A stretch of 64,000 nt of DNA from an uncultured Spirochaetota bacterium (GTDB lineage: Bacteria; Spirochaetota; Spirochaetia; SZUA-6; Fen-1364), in NCBI GenBank assembly GCA_963745235.1, contig CAVUXE010000009.1:128001-192000 (forward strand), written 5' to 3'. Both the position numbers and the translations under genes were made by a program. Shown piece by piece: positions 38,524 through 48,597 of the stretch. The notes under the pieces were generated by a model. The model was not told where the DNA came from and searched no databases. It was given only the letters and a program-made list of their open reading frames with translations. Position 1 is the stretch's first letter. Each line of letters begins with the position of its first letter.

Positions 38524-40326
38524 TCATGGTGACGGCCCCAGGACCCGGATTATGTTGAAGCTGCTCACGTCCACGAGCCCCATATCGGAGAGGCGAAGCT
38601 CCGGGATCACCACGAGGCCCAGCAGGCTCAGCTGCATGTTGGGGTTGTTCAGGCTGCATCCGCACTGCCGAAAGCCCGCCAGAACGGAGGAGGCGGCCCG
38701 GGCAACGGCGGACGCGGGCTCGCCTGACATCAGCCCCGCAATGGGCAGCACCACCTGGCCTATCACCGCGCCGTCCTTCACGACCACCTGGCCGCCCTCG
38801 GTGGCAGCCACCGTGTTCGCGGCAAGCGCCATCTGCTCCTCATCCGTTCCCGCCACCAGCAGCTGATGGCAGTCATGGGCCACCGTGGTTGCCACGGCGC
38901 ACCGTGCCGTGAACCCGAACCCGTGCACGAGGCCGACGCTGACTTTGCCCGTCGCATGATGACGGTCCACGATTGCAAGCTTTGCGATATCCTGCTTCAG
39001 ATCCGGCCTGACCTCTGCGCCTGTCACGGCGACGCTCATCTTCAGGTGACGGGTCGGGGCCTGGTTCTCGATTACGCCGATGACATGGGCGGCTGCCTCG
39101 GGGCCAAGATGACCCGCGGCGAGGCGGAAGTCCGCGGCGGCCAGGGGCCGCAGAAGGTGCACTGAATGCGTGGCCCACGCCGGGTAGGTGGCGGACGGCA
39201 TTTCCAGCAGGAGACGGCCGTCCTTTGCGGCCACCTTGCCCCGGGCGACAACCACCTCCGCGCGGAAGCTTTCCAGGTCCTTCACAAGAAGGACGTCGGC
39301 GTACCGCCCCGGGGCGATCTGCCCCATGTCCCTGCTGAGGCCGAAATGCTCCGCCGTGTTGAGTGTCGCCATCTGGATGGCCCGCAGCGGCGCAAGACCT
39401 TCACTGATGGCGTGACGCAGCACCCTGTCCATATGGCCTTCGGTCACCAGTGTCTCCGAGTGCGAGTCGTCCGTGCAGAGGATGAAATGCCGGGCATCCA
39501 ACCCGTTTTGCGTCAGCGCGGGAAGCTGGGCGGCCACGTCGTGCCACGCCGAGCCATAGCGGAGCATCACGCGCATGCCCTGGCGGATCCTGGCAACGGC
39601 GTCCTCCGCACGGGTGCCTTCATGGTCGTCCTGCGGTCCCCCGGCCGCGTACCCATGGAACGGGAGCCCCAGATCCGGTGACGGATAGTGTCCCCCGATC
39701 ACTTTCTCAGCCTGCCGGGTGGCCGACATCTCCGCATGGACCTTGTCGTTGCCGTTGAAGACGCCGGGGAAGTTCATCATTTCTCCCAGGCCGATGATCC
39801 CGGGCCAGGTCAGGGCTTCCTCCACGTCCGCGGGGCCGATGACCGCCCCCGGTGTCTCCAGACCGGGCGCGGAAGGGACGCAGCTGGGAACCTGGACGAA
39901 GACGTGGATGGGCTGCTGCGCGGCTTCATCCACCATCAGCCGCACGCCGCGGAGACCCAGGACGTTCGCGATCTCGTGCGGGTCCACGAACATCCCGGTC
40001 GTTCCATGAGGGACCACTGCCCTGACGAACTCCGTCACGGTGAGCATTCCTGATTCGACGTGCATGTGGCCGTCCAGGAGCCCCGGGACCATGCAGCGGC
40101 CGTCCGCCTCCAGCACCACGGTGTCCGGTCCGATTGCATGGCGCGCATCTTCGCCGACATAGGCAATCCGGTGTCCCGAGATCGCGATGTCCGTATGCTC
40201 GATGATTTCGCCGGACTGCACGCAGATCCACTTTCCGTCCGTGATGACGATGTCCGCGGGTTTCCGCCCGACAGCCACGTCCACGAGCTTGCGCGAGTCT
40301 TTCAGCCAGAAGGTTTCCATTCCCAT
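38524..40326 (-). CDS. ade: Adenine deaminase
   Basis: DGHMHVES, DPHEIANV, GEMMNFPG, DHEGT, LCTDD and VAHDCH. Confidence 0.93.
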   Translation of the reverse strand: MGMETFWLKDSRKLVDVAVGRKPADIVITDGKWICVQSGEIIEHTDIAISGHRIAYVGEDARHAIGPDTVVLEADGRCMVPGLLDGHMHVESGMLTVTEFVRAVVPHGTTGMFVDPHEIANVLGLRGVRLMVDEAAQQPIHVFVQVPSCVPSAPGLETPGAVIGPADVEEALTWPGIIGLGEMMNFPGVFNGNDKVHAEMSATRQAEKVIGGHYPSPDLGLPFHGYAAGGPQDDHEGTRAEDAVARIRQGMRVMLRYGSAWHDVAAQLPALTQNGLDARHFILCTDDSHSETLVTEGHMDRVLRHAISEGLAPLRAIQMATLNTAEHFGLSRDMGQIAPGRYADVLLVKDLESFRAEVVVARGKVAAKDGRLLLEMPSATYPAWATHSVHLLRPLAAADFRLAAGHLGPEAAAHVIGVIENQAPTRHLKMSVAVTGAEVRPDLKQDIAKLAIVDRHHATGKVSVGLVHGFGFTARCAVATTVAHDCHQLLVAGTDEEQMALAANTVAATEGGQVVVKDGAVIGQVVLPIAGLMSGEPASAVARAASSVLAGFRQCGCSLNNPNMQLSLLGLVVIPELRLSDMGLVDVSSFNIIRVLGPSP

Positions 40327-40415
40327 GACATCGATCCCTCTTGGCAGGAGAGTGTAGGGAAGATCACGGACGCAATCAAGCAACTGTCGTCAGCAGCGGT
40401 TGTCCGTTGCCGTCA

Positions 40416-40937
40416 TCAGAGCCAGGTGACCTGTTCGATGATCGTCAACGACTTGATCCTGCAGCCGTCAAGCACCGCTTCGACGCTGAACGGATTGTAG
40501 GGCCTGCCATTGGGGCGAATCCTGTCAGGCTCCAGCATGAACTTCGCATCCTCTCCCGACACGTGGACCCGGGTCACGTGATAGACAGGGCCGTCAGGAG
40601 GAGAGTCCGGGAGGCGTCTGCCGAGCCCTCTGCCCTGGGGGAGAAACTTCCGCAACTGCTGCTTTCCCTTCAGGTGCCGCGGGACCATGATGTATCCTTG
40701 GACGCCGGACGCCCAGCTTGCAAACGCGATGTCGTCGGCAACGTACTTCATGCTGGCGTCGAAGTGTCCGGCGTCGTTTGAATCGTAGAAGGCCGTGACC
40801 ACCGCCATCGGATCGGAGCAGGGAGCTGCGGAGCCCTGCCCGTGCGCGGTGCATGACGTCATCAGCCCAAGGCAAAGAAACAAAGCGGAAGCGAGGATCC
40901 GTCTCATCTGCAGCAAATATATCCACCGCCTCCTCAT
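40416..40937 (-). CDS. Exported NTF2/SnoaL-like hypothetical protein
   Basis: Leader ending MTS-C, DPMAVVTAFYDSNDAG...YVADD and GCRIKSL. The start may instead be 40907. Confidence 0.65.
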   Translation of the reverse strand: MRRRWIYLLQMRRILASALFLCLGLMTSCTAHGQGSAAPCSDPMAVVTAFYDSNDAGHFDASMKYVADDIAFASWASGVQGYIMVPRHLKGKQQLRKFLPQGRGLGRRLPDSPPDGPVYHVTRVHVSGEDAKFMLEPDRIRPNGRPYNPFSVEAVLDGCRIKSLTIIEQVTWL

Positions 40938-40987
40938 GGATTCAATTGCCGCGGTGCGGGCTGTGCGGCCCGGCCGCGGCGTTTTCC

Positions 40988-41016
40988 TTGACAGCGGCCG
41001 GCGCGGATGATACCGT
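40988..41016 (+). promoter_or_regulatory. sigma70 promoter
   Basis: TTGACA-17-TACCGT with an extended TG. Confidence 0.6.
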
Positions 41017-41037
41017 CCCTCGAAACGGAGGCCGGAA

Positions 41038-41475
41038 ATGCTGAAGGGAATATCGCCGCTGCTTTCTCCCGAGCTGCTGAAGGTCATTGCGGAGATGGGC
41101 CACGGGGACGAACTGGTCATTGCTGACGGGAACTTCCCCGCGGTCAGCATGGCTCGAAGGCTCGTGCGAGCGGACGGGCTGGGCGTGCCCCCGCTCCTGG
41201 AAGCCATCCTGGACCTTTTCCCCCTTGATTCCTTTGTCGAGCGTCCCGCGGCGTTGATGGCCGTGGTGCCGGGGGACCCCGCGAAACCCGCAATCTGGGA
41301 AGAGTATCGAGCCATTGTCCGCCGTCATGAAACAGGTTTCAAGGACTTCGAGATGGTGGAACGCTTCGCGTTCTACGCGCGGGCCAGGGAAGCGTATGCA
41401 GTCCTGGCAACCGGGGAAGCCGCCCTGTACGCTTGCGTCATCCTGAAAAAAGGCGTGCTGCGGCCGCATGGATGA
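41038..41475 (+). CDS. fucU: RbsD/FucU family mutarotase
   Basis: MLKGISPLLSPELL, MGHGDELVIADGNFP, ERFAFY and TGEAALY. Confidence 0.9.
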   Translation: MLKGISPLLSPELLKVIAEMGHGDELVIADGNFPAVSMARRLVRADGLGVPPLLEAILDLFPLDSFVERPAALMAVVPGDPAKPAIWEEYRAIVRRHETGFKDFEMVERFAFYARAREAYAVLATGEAALYACVILKKGVLRPHG

Positions 41476-42506
41476 CCTGATAGAGAGACTTCCGAAGGCG
41501 GAGCTGCATCTCCACCTCGAGGGGACCATATCCCCGGAGACTCTCTGGGCCATGGCGGCGGCCAACCATGTCGCGCTCCCGGTCAGCTCCTTTCCCGAGC
41601 TGCAGGGCCTCTACCGGTTCACGAGCTTCGATTCATTCATCGAGCTGTGGCTCCTCATGTGCTCATGCCTGCGGACCGGCGAGTGACTACGAGCGCATGG
41701 TGGACGGCTTTCTTGCGGAGTGCTCCCGGCAGAACATCCGCTACGCCGAAGTGCACTTCACCCCGTACAACCACGAAAGGCTCGGCATCGGCGGGCGTCG
41801 CGCCCTGGAGATTGTCAGCAGGAAGCTGATGAGCTCCGAATCGGCGGGAGGGCCCGTGGTGAGGCTCATCACCGACATTTCCGGCGAATCGGCGGCCACG
41901 AGCGCGCCTTATACAATTCAGCTGCTCGAACAGGAGGCGCACCCGCTCATTGTCGCCCTGGGGCTTGGAGGGCCCGAGGTTGGATTGCCTCGAAGCGATT
42001 TTGCTGCCTGGTTCGATCGCGCTCGCAGGGCCGGCTACGCCGTTGTGGCCCACGCGGGGGAAACCGGGGGCGCCGTGCACGTACGCCAGGCCGTCGTGGA
42101 TCTTGGTGTGCGCCGCGTGCAGCACGGTGTACGGGCAGCGGAAGATCCCGAGGTTCTTGACCTGCTTGCACAGAGGCGAATCTGCTGCGATATCGCCCTC
42201 ACCAGCAATGAGTGCCTCAAAGTCGTGCCTTCCGTGGCGGCCCATCCGCTTCCCCGCTTCCTTGCCGCCGGCGTGCCGGTCACCCTCTCTACCGACGATC
42301 CGCCGTTCTTCTCCACCGACCTCATCCGCGAATGGCGGCGAGCCCGTGATGAGGTGGGGCTGAGCACGCGCGAGCTGTGGCAGCTCAACCTGAACGGGCT
42401 TCGCTTCGGCCTTGCTGACACGGCCACCCGCAGGCGCCTTCTCCTTGAGTTTCAAGAGGCCGCTGCCCGCCTGGATTCCCAGCTCGCTCCCTCCCCATCC
42501 GCCTGA
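41468..42506 (+). CDS. add: Adenosine/adenine deaminase family protein; frameshift near 41680
   Basis: PKAELHLHLEG, HAGE, RVQHG and STDDP. Confidence 0.85.
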
Positions 42507-42580
42507 CCCATCCAACCCGTTACCCGCCGCGTATCTAGTACCCGGGCTTGCAGATGCAGGGCCCGAGGAGGTTCAAGAAC

Positions 42581-43066
42581 ATGAAGCGGACGATTGTCCT
42601 GTTTGTTTCGCTCCTGGTTGCTGGCGCGGCCTTCGCGTCAGGATCAGGCGGAGGAGGAGGCGCGGGGGGCGGCGGGATGGGGGTGAGCAAGTCGAGTGGA
42701 CCCAGCAGCGCAACTGACTGGTACAACGCCGGCTACTCGGCTTCAGACGCGGGCAAGTACCAGGAGGCAATCAGCGACTTCAAGACGGCCATCTCCATGA
42801 AGTCGGACTACGCGGAAGCCTACAACATGCTGGGGTTCTGTACGAGAAAGCTCGGCAACGTGAACGAGGCGTTTGCCTACTATGAGAAGGCCTTGAAGCT
42901 GAAGCCGAACTTCCCCGAGGCCCGCGAGTACTACGGCGAGGCGTATCTCCAGGAAGGCAATCTCGCAAAAGCGGTCCAGCAATACATCATCCTCGAAAAG
43001 GCGGGGAACAAGAACGCCCGCGAGCTTCTTGAAAAAATCGAGGAGTTCGTGAACCAGAAGTCGTGA
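42581..43066 (+). CDS. Exported TPR protein
   Basis: Signal peptide, Gly-rich linker and TPRs (AEAYNMLG, YEKALKLKP). Confidence 0.85.
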   Translation: MKRTIVLFVSLLVAGAAFASGSGGGGGAGGGGMGVSKSSGPSSATDWYNAGYSASDAGKYQEAISDFKTAISMKSDYAEAYNMLGFCTRKLGNVNEAFAYYEKALKLKPNFPEAREYYGEAYLQEGNLAKAVQQYIILEKAGNKNARELLEKIEEFVNQKS

Positions 43067-43080
43067 CGCAGGGAACCTTT

Positions 43081-43600
43081 ATGGGGCTTCGAAAGATACT
43101 GTTCGTGGTCCTTGCGGTCGCGGCGGTGACCGCCTGCCAGATGGGCGGCGGCATGTACGGGGGCTCGTACGGAGGCAGCGGTGGAGGAGGCACGGTGAAG
43201 GGACCCGGCTACAAGGGATCGAACATGGCCGGCATCGCGGTCTCAGGCTTCGCCTTCTCGCCGAGCTCCGTGACTTTCCAAGCAAAGTCGGGTGTCACCG
43301 TGACGTGGATGAACTATGACGGGGTCACTCATAACGTCACCGCGGATGGAGGCCTTTTTGGCGGCACCGGGACTGGCGACATGGCGCCGAACGGCAGCGT
43401 ACAGCTTTATGGTGCCAACTGGCACGGCGCCGGGCTCGTACACCTATCACTGCAGGATTCATACTTATATGACCGGCGTCATCAATGTTCAGTCAGGATC
43501 GGCCGGAGGAGCCCTCATCAGGCCTGCGGGCCGGCGGGCTCCTGGTCCAGGATGCGCTCATCGTTTCTGGAAACGATACTGTGCCCCGGCGGGACGATGA
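43081..43600 (+). CDS. Cupredoxin (amicyanin/plastocyanin-like) lipoprotein; frameshift near 43395, true stop uncertain
   Basis: VTA-C lipobox, FAFSP, VTWMNYDGVTHNVT, then YTYHCRIHTYMTGVINV in another frame. Confidence 0.8.
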
Positions 43601-44342
43601 CGAAATCATCGTCCCACGGGCCATTGAAGAGCTTCTCAAGCAGCGACATGTTCCCCTTGCGGACCTCGAGCTGCCATCCCCGTTGCGCCGCGTCCCGGCG
43701 CGCGGCCTCAATGAAAGCCCCTTCGTTGCAGATGTCCATGTGCAGGTAAAGAAACCTGTCGTAGTTTTTCATCCAGTCTCCGAGGGTCTCGGAGAGGAAG
43801 TCCGCGTTTTCTTTTCCATACTTGCGGACCATTTCTTCGTAGGTTTCCGTCAGTCCGAGCTTGCCCATGACCCCCTGCTGGCCGTACGCGGGCCGGCCGT
43901 ACTCGCGCAGCCCCTGCGGATCTTGCGCGGACCAGCTCTGGTTTCGCTCTGACCACCCGGTGGACAGGTAGTAGGTGCCGGGATGCGCGTCGAAATAGGA
44001 GCGGTACACGTCCCGGGAACCGAACAGGAAGGTGATGCAGTCGTGCGCGCGGGGCACCACAAGCGGGATTCCGCGAGCGGTCACTCCCACAAGGCCGTCG
44101 TTGCATCGGGCATACCCCAGGAGGATGGCCTCATAGCCAGCGGAGGGGTCCACGGCGTCTATCGTCGCCTGGATCTTCGTGACCATGTCCGCCGTCTCCA
44201 GGTCATGGAGACCTTTTCGGAGGAACTCAACGTCCACCTGCGCGGAGGAGGTTGCCGCGAGGTAGCAGGCCTCGCGGTAGATGATCTCGCATCCGATGAA
44301 CTTGAGCTTGCGCGCGTCGAGGTTTCTGCCCATTGCGTTCAT
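43518..44342 (-). CDS. DUF1638-type protein
   Basis: FIGCEI, GLHD, LLGYARCNDGLVG, RAHDCITFLFGS and YYLSTGW. Confidence 0.8.
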   Translation of the reverse strand: MNAMGRNLDARKLKFIGCEIIYREACYLAATSSAQVDVEFLRKGLHDLETADMVTKIQATIDAVDPSAGYEAILLGYARCNDGLVGVTARGIPLVVPRAHDCITFLFGSRDVYRSYFDAHPGTYYLSTGWSERNQSWSAQDPQGLREYGRPAYGQQGVMGKLGLTETYEEMVRKYGKENADFLSETLGDWMKNYDRFLYLHMDICNEGAFIEAARRDAAQRGWQLEVRKGNMSLLEKLFNGPWDDDFVIVPPGHSIVSRNDERILDQEPAGPQA

Positions 44343-44358
44343 TGCAGCTGCTTTCCCG

Positions 44359-45060
44359 TCAGGCAATTTCCAGCTTGATCCGCTTGTTGATCCTGCCCTT
44401 GCTTTCGTAGCCGGTGACCTTGATGGTCCCGACCTCCGTGGTGTTGGCGACATGGGTGCCGCCATCCGCCTGGAGGTCCAGACCGCCGATCTCCACGATG
44501 CGGACCTCCCGGATCCCTTCCGGCAGAAGGTTTATCTTGGTGCGGATCAGGTCAGGTATCTGGAACGCTTCATCACGCGGCAGGACGCGCACCAGGATCG
44601 GGCGCGCGGCGGCCACCTCGGCGTTGATCCTTTTCTCGATCTCAGCCACCAGCTCGCGCTGAAGGGTCTCGAACTCGAAATCCATGCGCCCTTTCAGAGG
44701 CTCCATGTTTCCACCGGTCACCTGGGCCTTCCAGTCACGCCAGACCACGCCGCACAGGATGTGAAACGCGGTGTGAGTCCGCATCAGCTTGTAACGAAGC
44801 TCCCAGTCCAGCTTCCCCCGCACCGGGCTTCCGGCCGCCGGGGGCGCCCCATCCAGCCAGTGCCACACCATGTCTCCCTGCCTGGCCGTGCGCGTCACCG
44901 GGATATCGTTCAGCCATCCCCGATCGCGTGGCTGGCCTCCCCCGCCGGGAAAGAACGCGGTCCTGTCCAGGGCGACGGCCCGCTCTGCGTCGTTGGTCTC
45001 GACCACCAGCGCTTCAAACTCCTTCAGGTACGAGTCGCGATGGCACAAGAGCTCCGTCAT
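44359..45060 (-). CDS. alaX: Alanyl-tRNA editing protein AlaX-M
   Basis: FFPGGGGQP, MRTHTAFH and QADGGTHV. Confidence 0.9.
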   Translation of the reverse strand: MTELLCHRDSYLKEFEALVVETNDAERAVALDRTAFFPGGGGQPRDRGWLNDIPVTRTARQGDMVWHWLDGAPPAAGSPVRGKLDWELRYKLMRTHTAFHILCGVVWRDWKAQVTGGNMEPLKGRMDFEFETLQRELVAEIEKRINAEVAAARPILVRVLPRDEAFQIPDLIRTKINLLPEGIREVRIVEIGGLDLQADGGTHVANTTEVGTIKVTGYESKGRINKRIKLEIA

Positions 45061-45076
45061 CTGGCTTCCCGCATTC

Positions 45077-46054
45077 TCAGCCGTAGTGCTTCATGAACTG
45101 CACCCGTTCATATGCCGCCGGATCCTCGCTCTCCGCCTGGCTCAGCTTGCCCCGGAAGTCGGACAACGCCCGATAGCCGTGGCGTTCCATCCAGTCCGAG
45201 AGGTCCCGCAGCATGACAGCCGCGTGGCCAGCCCCACGTCTGCTCAGGGAGGAGGCAACCTGGACTGCCCTTGCTCCAGCGAGGAGCATCTTGACCAGGC
45301 CCGCGCCATCGTGGACCCCCGTGGACCCGGCAAGATCGCACTGGACGCGTCGGGCCATGAGGGCAATCCATCGAAGCGGCAGGCTGATTTCCTCAGGGGA
45401 GCTCAGGTACGCTTGAGAGGTCACGGCGAGCTTTTCGATGTCGAAGTCGATTGCGTAGAAGCGGTTGAAGAGGACCAGGGCAGAGATGCCCGTGCGGGAG
45501 AGCTGCTGGATCATCTGCGCCAGGGTGGAAAAGTACGGGCTGATCTTCAAAGCCACGGGAATCTTGACCTGCGCAAGGACCCGCTGGATGACAGCAAGGT
45601 AGTCCCTTTCCCGCTCTTCGCTGGTGCGCTTCAGGTCTGAGGGCAGGAAGAACATGTTGAGCTCAAGGCCGTCCGCCCCGGCCTCCTGCAGCTCCTTCGC
45701 GAACGTCACCCACTCATGGGAGTAGGTGCAGTTGATGCTGGCAATGACGGGGATGGCAACCGCCTCTTTTGCCCCCCGTACCAGCTCCACGTAGGATGCG
45801 ATGCGGTCCCCGCGCACCTCGTAGTCATAGTATTCGTAGGACTCCAGGCTCATGCCCTTGGCCTTTGCCTGGGCGACGGCTCCCTCGTATTCCGCCGCGA
45901 TCTCCTCTTCGAAGATCGACTTGAGCACCACGGCCCCCACTCCCCCCGCGGCTGCCTTTTTCACACCGTCCACGGTGGCCGTGAGGGCAGAGCTGCCCGC
46001 AACCAGGGGGTTGGCGAGCGCAAGTCCCATGTACTTAGTTCCCAGGTCGAGCAT
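45077..46054 (-). CDS. Dihydroorotate dehydrogenase-like flavoprotein
   Basis: NPLVAGSS, VVLKSIFEE, ALKISPYF, LFNRFY and STGVH. Confidence 0.85.
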   Translation of the reverse strand: MLDLGTKYMGLALANPLVAGSSALTATVDGVKKAAAGGVGAVVLKSIFEEEIAAEYEGAVAQAKAKGMSLESYEYYDYEVRGDRIASYVELVRGAKEAVAIPVIASINCTYSHEWVTFAKELQEAGADGLELNMFFLPSDLKRTSEERERDYLAVIQRVLAQVKIPVALKISPYFSTLAQMIQQLSRTGISALVLFNRFYAIDFDIEKLAVTSQAYLSSPEEISLPLRWIALMARRVQCDLAGSTGVHDGAGLVKMLLAGARAVQVASSLSRRGAGHAAVMLRDLSDWMERHGYRALSDFRGKLSQAESEDPAAYERVQFMKHYG

Positions 46055-46092
46055 CAGTTTCCCCCATGATCAGTCCGCGCCCGAAGACGGGC

Positions 46093-46584
46093 TCAGGTCC
46101 TTTTTTCCTCGAAAACACCCAGCTCGCGGTTCTTCCGCACGCGATCCCAGGCGAACAGCCGGCCGTTCATGGCGATGTAGACCCCTCGGGGAACCAGCTG
46201 CACCGCCATGAGCGAACAGCCGAGGTTGAACACGGCATCAGAGTTGCTGAAGACATAGGGCACCATGGCGCCCGTCATGACGATGGTCTTTGCAAGACCG
46301 GCGCCGCCAAGCACCTCCGCGGTCTCCGCCATGGTATCCGTGCCGTGCGTGATGACAATCCGCTCCTCCGCAGCGCGGCGGCACGATTCCAGGATGGAGA
46401 GCCTGTTGGCGGTCTGCATGTCCAGGCTGTCGATGAGCTGGTTGAGCTCCAGCTCGATGGGGACCGTGCAGCGCACGAACTTCAGGATCTCCGGCAGGTG
46501 GGTGTCCCGGAAGGTGAGGCTGCCGCGTATCTCGTCGTACGCCTTGTCGAAGGTGCCGCCGGTGATGATGATCCGGATAGTCAC
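46093..46584 (-). CDS. Short asparaginase-domain protein
   Basis: TGGTFDK, THGTDTM and TGAMVP. Confidence 0.88.
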   Translation of the reverse strand: MTIRIIITGGTFDKAYDEIRGSLTFRDTHLPEILKFVRCTVPIELELNQLIDSLDMQTANRLSILESCRRAAEERIVITHGTDTMAETAEVLGGAGLAKTIVMTGAMVPYVFSNSDAVFNLGCSLMAVQLVPRGVYIAMNGRLFAWDRVRKNRELGVFEEKRT

Positions 46585-46705
46585 GTGACCTGATGGTGAC
46601 GGAAGAGGCCTTTTTTTTCAAGCGCGGCGGTCGCGCACCCGCCATTGAACGCAGGGCCGGAAGTTCCTGTACAAGCCCATCTGCTGGAATTGTCGTCTTG
46701 CCCGA

Positions 46706-46734
46706 TTGCCAAAGGTGAATCTGTCTACTAAGCT
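46706..46734 (+). promoter_or_regulatory. sigma70 promoter of the R-M pair
   Basis: TTGCCA-17-TAAGCT, 13 nt before ATG 46748. Confidence 0.5.
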
Positions 46735-46747
46735 GTTGCGGACGCCG

Positions 46748-47734
46748 ATGAAACAACCCCGTGTCGTACAATTCCCTCGGGCTCGCAGGGTAGACGGTTG
46801 GTGGAAAGACCAGATAATCTGCGGGGATTCGCTCGAAATCCTGAAGGCAATGCCGAGTGAGACAGTTCATCTGGCTATCACTTCACCCCCGTACAACGTT
46901 GGCCTGGATTACGATGCACATAACGACAGGATGCCGTATGACGACTACCTGAGCTGGCTCGCTGAGTTCTGGAAGGAGCTTCATCGCGTTCTCGTCAATG
47001 GAGGGAGATTCGCGCTGAACATCGCTCCCACCAGCATCAAGGACTTCCGTCCAATTCACTACGACATGGCGCGAGACCTCATGAAGCTCGGATTCATCAT
47101 GCGCACGGAAATACTCTGGTACAAGCAGACAATGCGGCGCCGTACGGCTTGGGGATCATGGAGAAGTCCTCGTAATCCCCACATGGTGCCAAGCTGGGAG
47201 TACGTGCTCGTATTCTGCAAAGGATCCTGGACCCTCGAGGGAAACAAAGAGGATGCGGATATTTCCTCCGAGGAGTTTATCAAGTACTCTGATGCATTTT
47301 GGACGATCCCACCTGAGACTCGGGGTCGACAACCTTTCCTCCGTAGTCTCTACCCGCCTCGACGGGGAAGGAAGGCTCCAGAAGAGAAGTCCGAAGGACA
47401 TCCCGCCCCCTTCCCCGAAGAACTGATAAAACGGCTTATCAAGTTCTATAGCTATCGCGGAAATGTAATAATGGATCCCTTCGGCGGGACAGGCACGGTT
47501 GCCGCAGTGGCTAAACGACACGGTCGTCACTTTGTACACATGGATATTTCCAAGAAATACTCGTTGATCGCTGCTGAGCGAGTCGCAGCCGAGACTATAC
47601 CCCTGTTCGACAATTTATCTTCAACGGGTGTTGAGGCCGAACCGGTACTTCACCGAACCGAAGAAAGACCCGCGATTCACCGCTTTCTTAGCCGACTCAA
47701 AAGGCGTGATCCACTCCCCGAAGAAAGCGGATAA
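46748..47734 (+). CDS. Beta-class N4-cytosine/N6-adenine DNA methyltransferase
   Basis: ITSPPYN precedes HPAPFPEEL and MDPFGGTGT. Confidence 0.92.
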   Translation: MKQPRVVQFPRARRVDGWWKDQIICGDSLEILKAMPSETVHLAITSPPYNVGLDYDAHNDRMPYDDYLSWLAEFWKELHRVLVNGGRFALNIAPTSIKDFRPIHYDMARDLMKLGFIMRTEILWYKQTMRRRTAWGSWRSPRNPHMVPSWEYVLVFCKGSWTLEGNKEDADISSEEFIKYSDAFWTIPPETRGRQPFLRSLYPPRRGRKAPEEKSEGHPAPFPEELIKRLIKFYSYRGNVIMDPFGGTGTVAAVAKRHGRHFVHMDISKKYSLIAAERVAAETIPLFDNLSSTGVEAEPVLHRTEERPAIHRFLSRLKRRDPLPEESG

Positions 47735-48534
47735 TGACGGTCTCTGATTCCTACAGAATCATCAAAGATCACTTGAAAGACTTCGGCGAAAATCCAGTGG
47801 CGGATGTAGGGAAGATTACCACGCTCGTTCAGGGCATCGGGATTCCTCCCAAGGAGGTCATGAAAACAGTCCAAGAAGTCTATATTGCTCATTACCTGGC
47901 GGTGAAAGGCGGTGACGCAAACAAGGCGCGACAAAGTTGGGTTGCCGCGAGCGGAAACAACTTCGAGGAGTTCATGCGCTTCTTCATCAACGTTGCCCTC
48001 AACCCCGAGGGCATTCTCGCCGTGAAGGGAGATCGGCTGCGGCAAAAGCCTTCCGCCGCAAATATCGTGGGCTTTCTGACTCTCAAGGCCAATCGTCGGT
48101 GTACTCAGACAACGACCGGAGTCTGGCCGGATTCAGACATCGTAGTCCTCACCAGAGAGAAGGAAGGCACCCTCAAAGCCTTTGCGCTGCTCAATTGCAA
48201 GACCAGCGATCATAGTCGAAACGATGCCGTGTTGTTCTGGGCTTTGGCGTTGAGAGACAACAACATCAGGTACTGCCTGCTGACTCAGGATCTTGACAAT
48301 AAGTTTGTCAGAGGCGACGAGGATCCGCGGACCAGCAGTCTTCGAAAGAAGGCTGAAGCGTTTCTGGACAGGGTGTATTCGACCAACCCTGCCACAGTGG
48401 AATGCTCCCAGGTCAGGCGACTTGACTTCAAGACCCCCGGCGGCGCGGAGTCTCTTCTCAGTGATCTTCGTCGTTGGCGCCAGGATGTGGTGCCGGATTT
48501 CACTACTGGAGTGCTGAAAGAAGACTTGATCTAG
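47734..48534 (+). CDS. Putative type II restriction endonuclease (BsaWI-like PD-(D/E)xK)
   Basis: Coupled to the MTase (TAATG overlap); RQSWVAASGNNFE, WPDSDIV and NCKTS; lower GC. Confidence 0.7.
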   Translation: MTVSDSYRIIKDHLKDFGENPVADVGKITTLVQGIGIPPKEVMKTVQEVYIAHYLAVKGGDANKARQSWVAASGNNFEEFMRFFINVALNPEGILAVKGDRLRQKPSAANIVGFLTLKANRRCTQTTTGVWPDSDIVVLTREKEGTLKAFALLNCKTSDHSRNDAVLFWALALRDNNIRYCLLTQDLDNKFVRGDEDPRTSSLRKKAEAFLDRVYSTNPATVECSQVRRLDFKTPGGAESLLSDLRRWRQDVVPDFTTGVLKEDLI

Positions 48535-48597
48535 CCAACAGGACGGTATTCCCAGCTCGAGAGCTATTTGGAGGGAGGGACGAGATTATGGTGTCCT

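Noticed and set aside
42645-43195. GGC/GGA-rich tracts as DNA repeats
   Set aside because: They simply encode Gly-rich linkers.
46683-48556. Imperfect inverted repeats flanking the R-M pair as transposon ends
   Set aside because: Only about 13 of 18 positions match, with no target duplication and no transposase.
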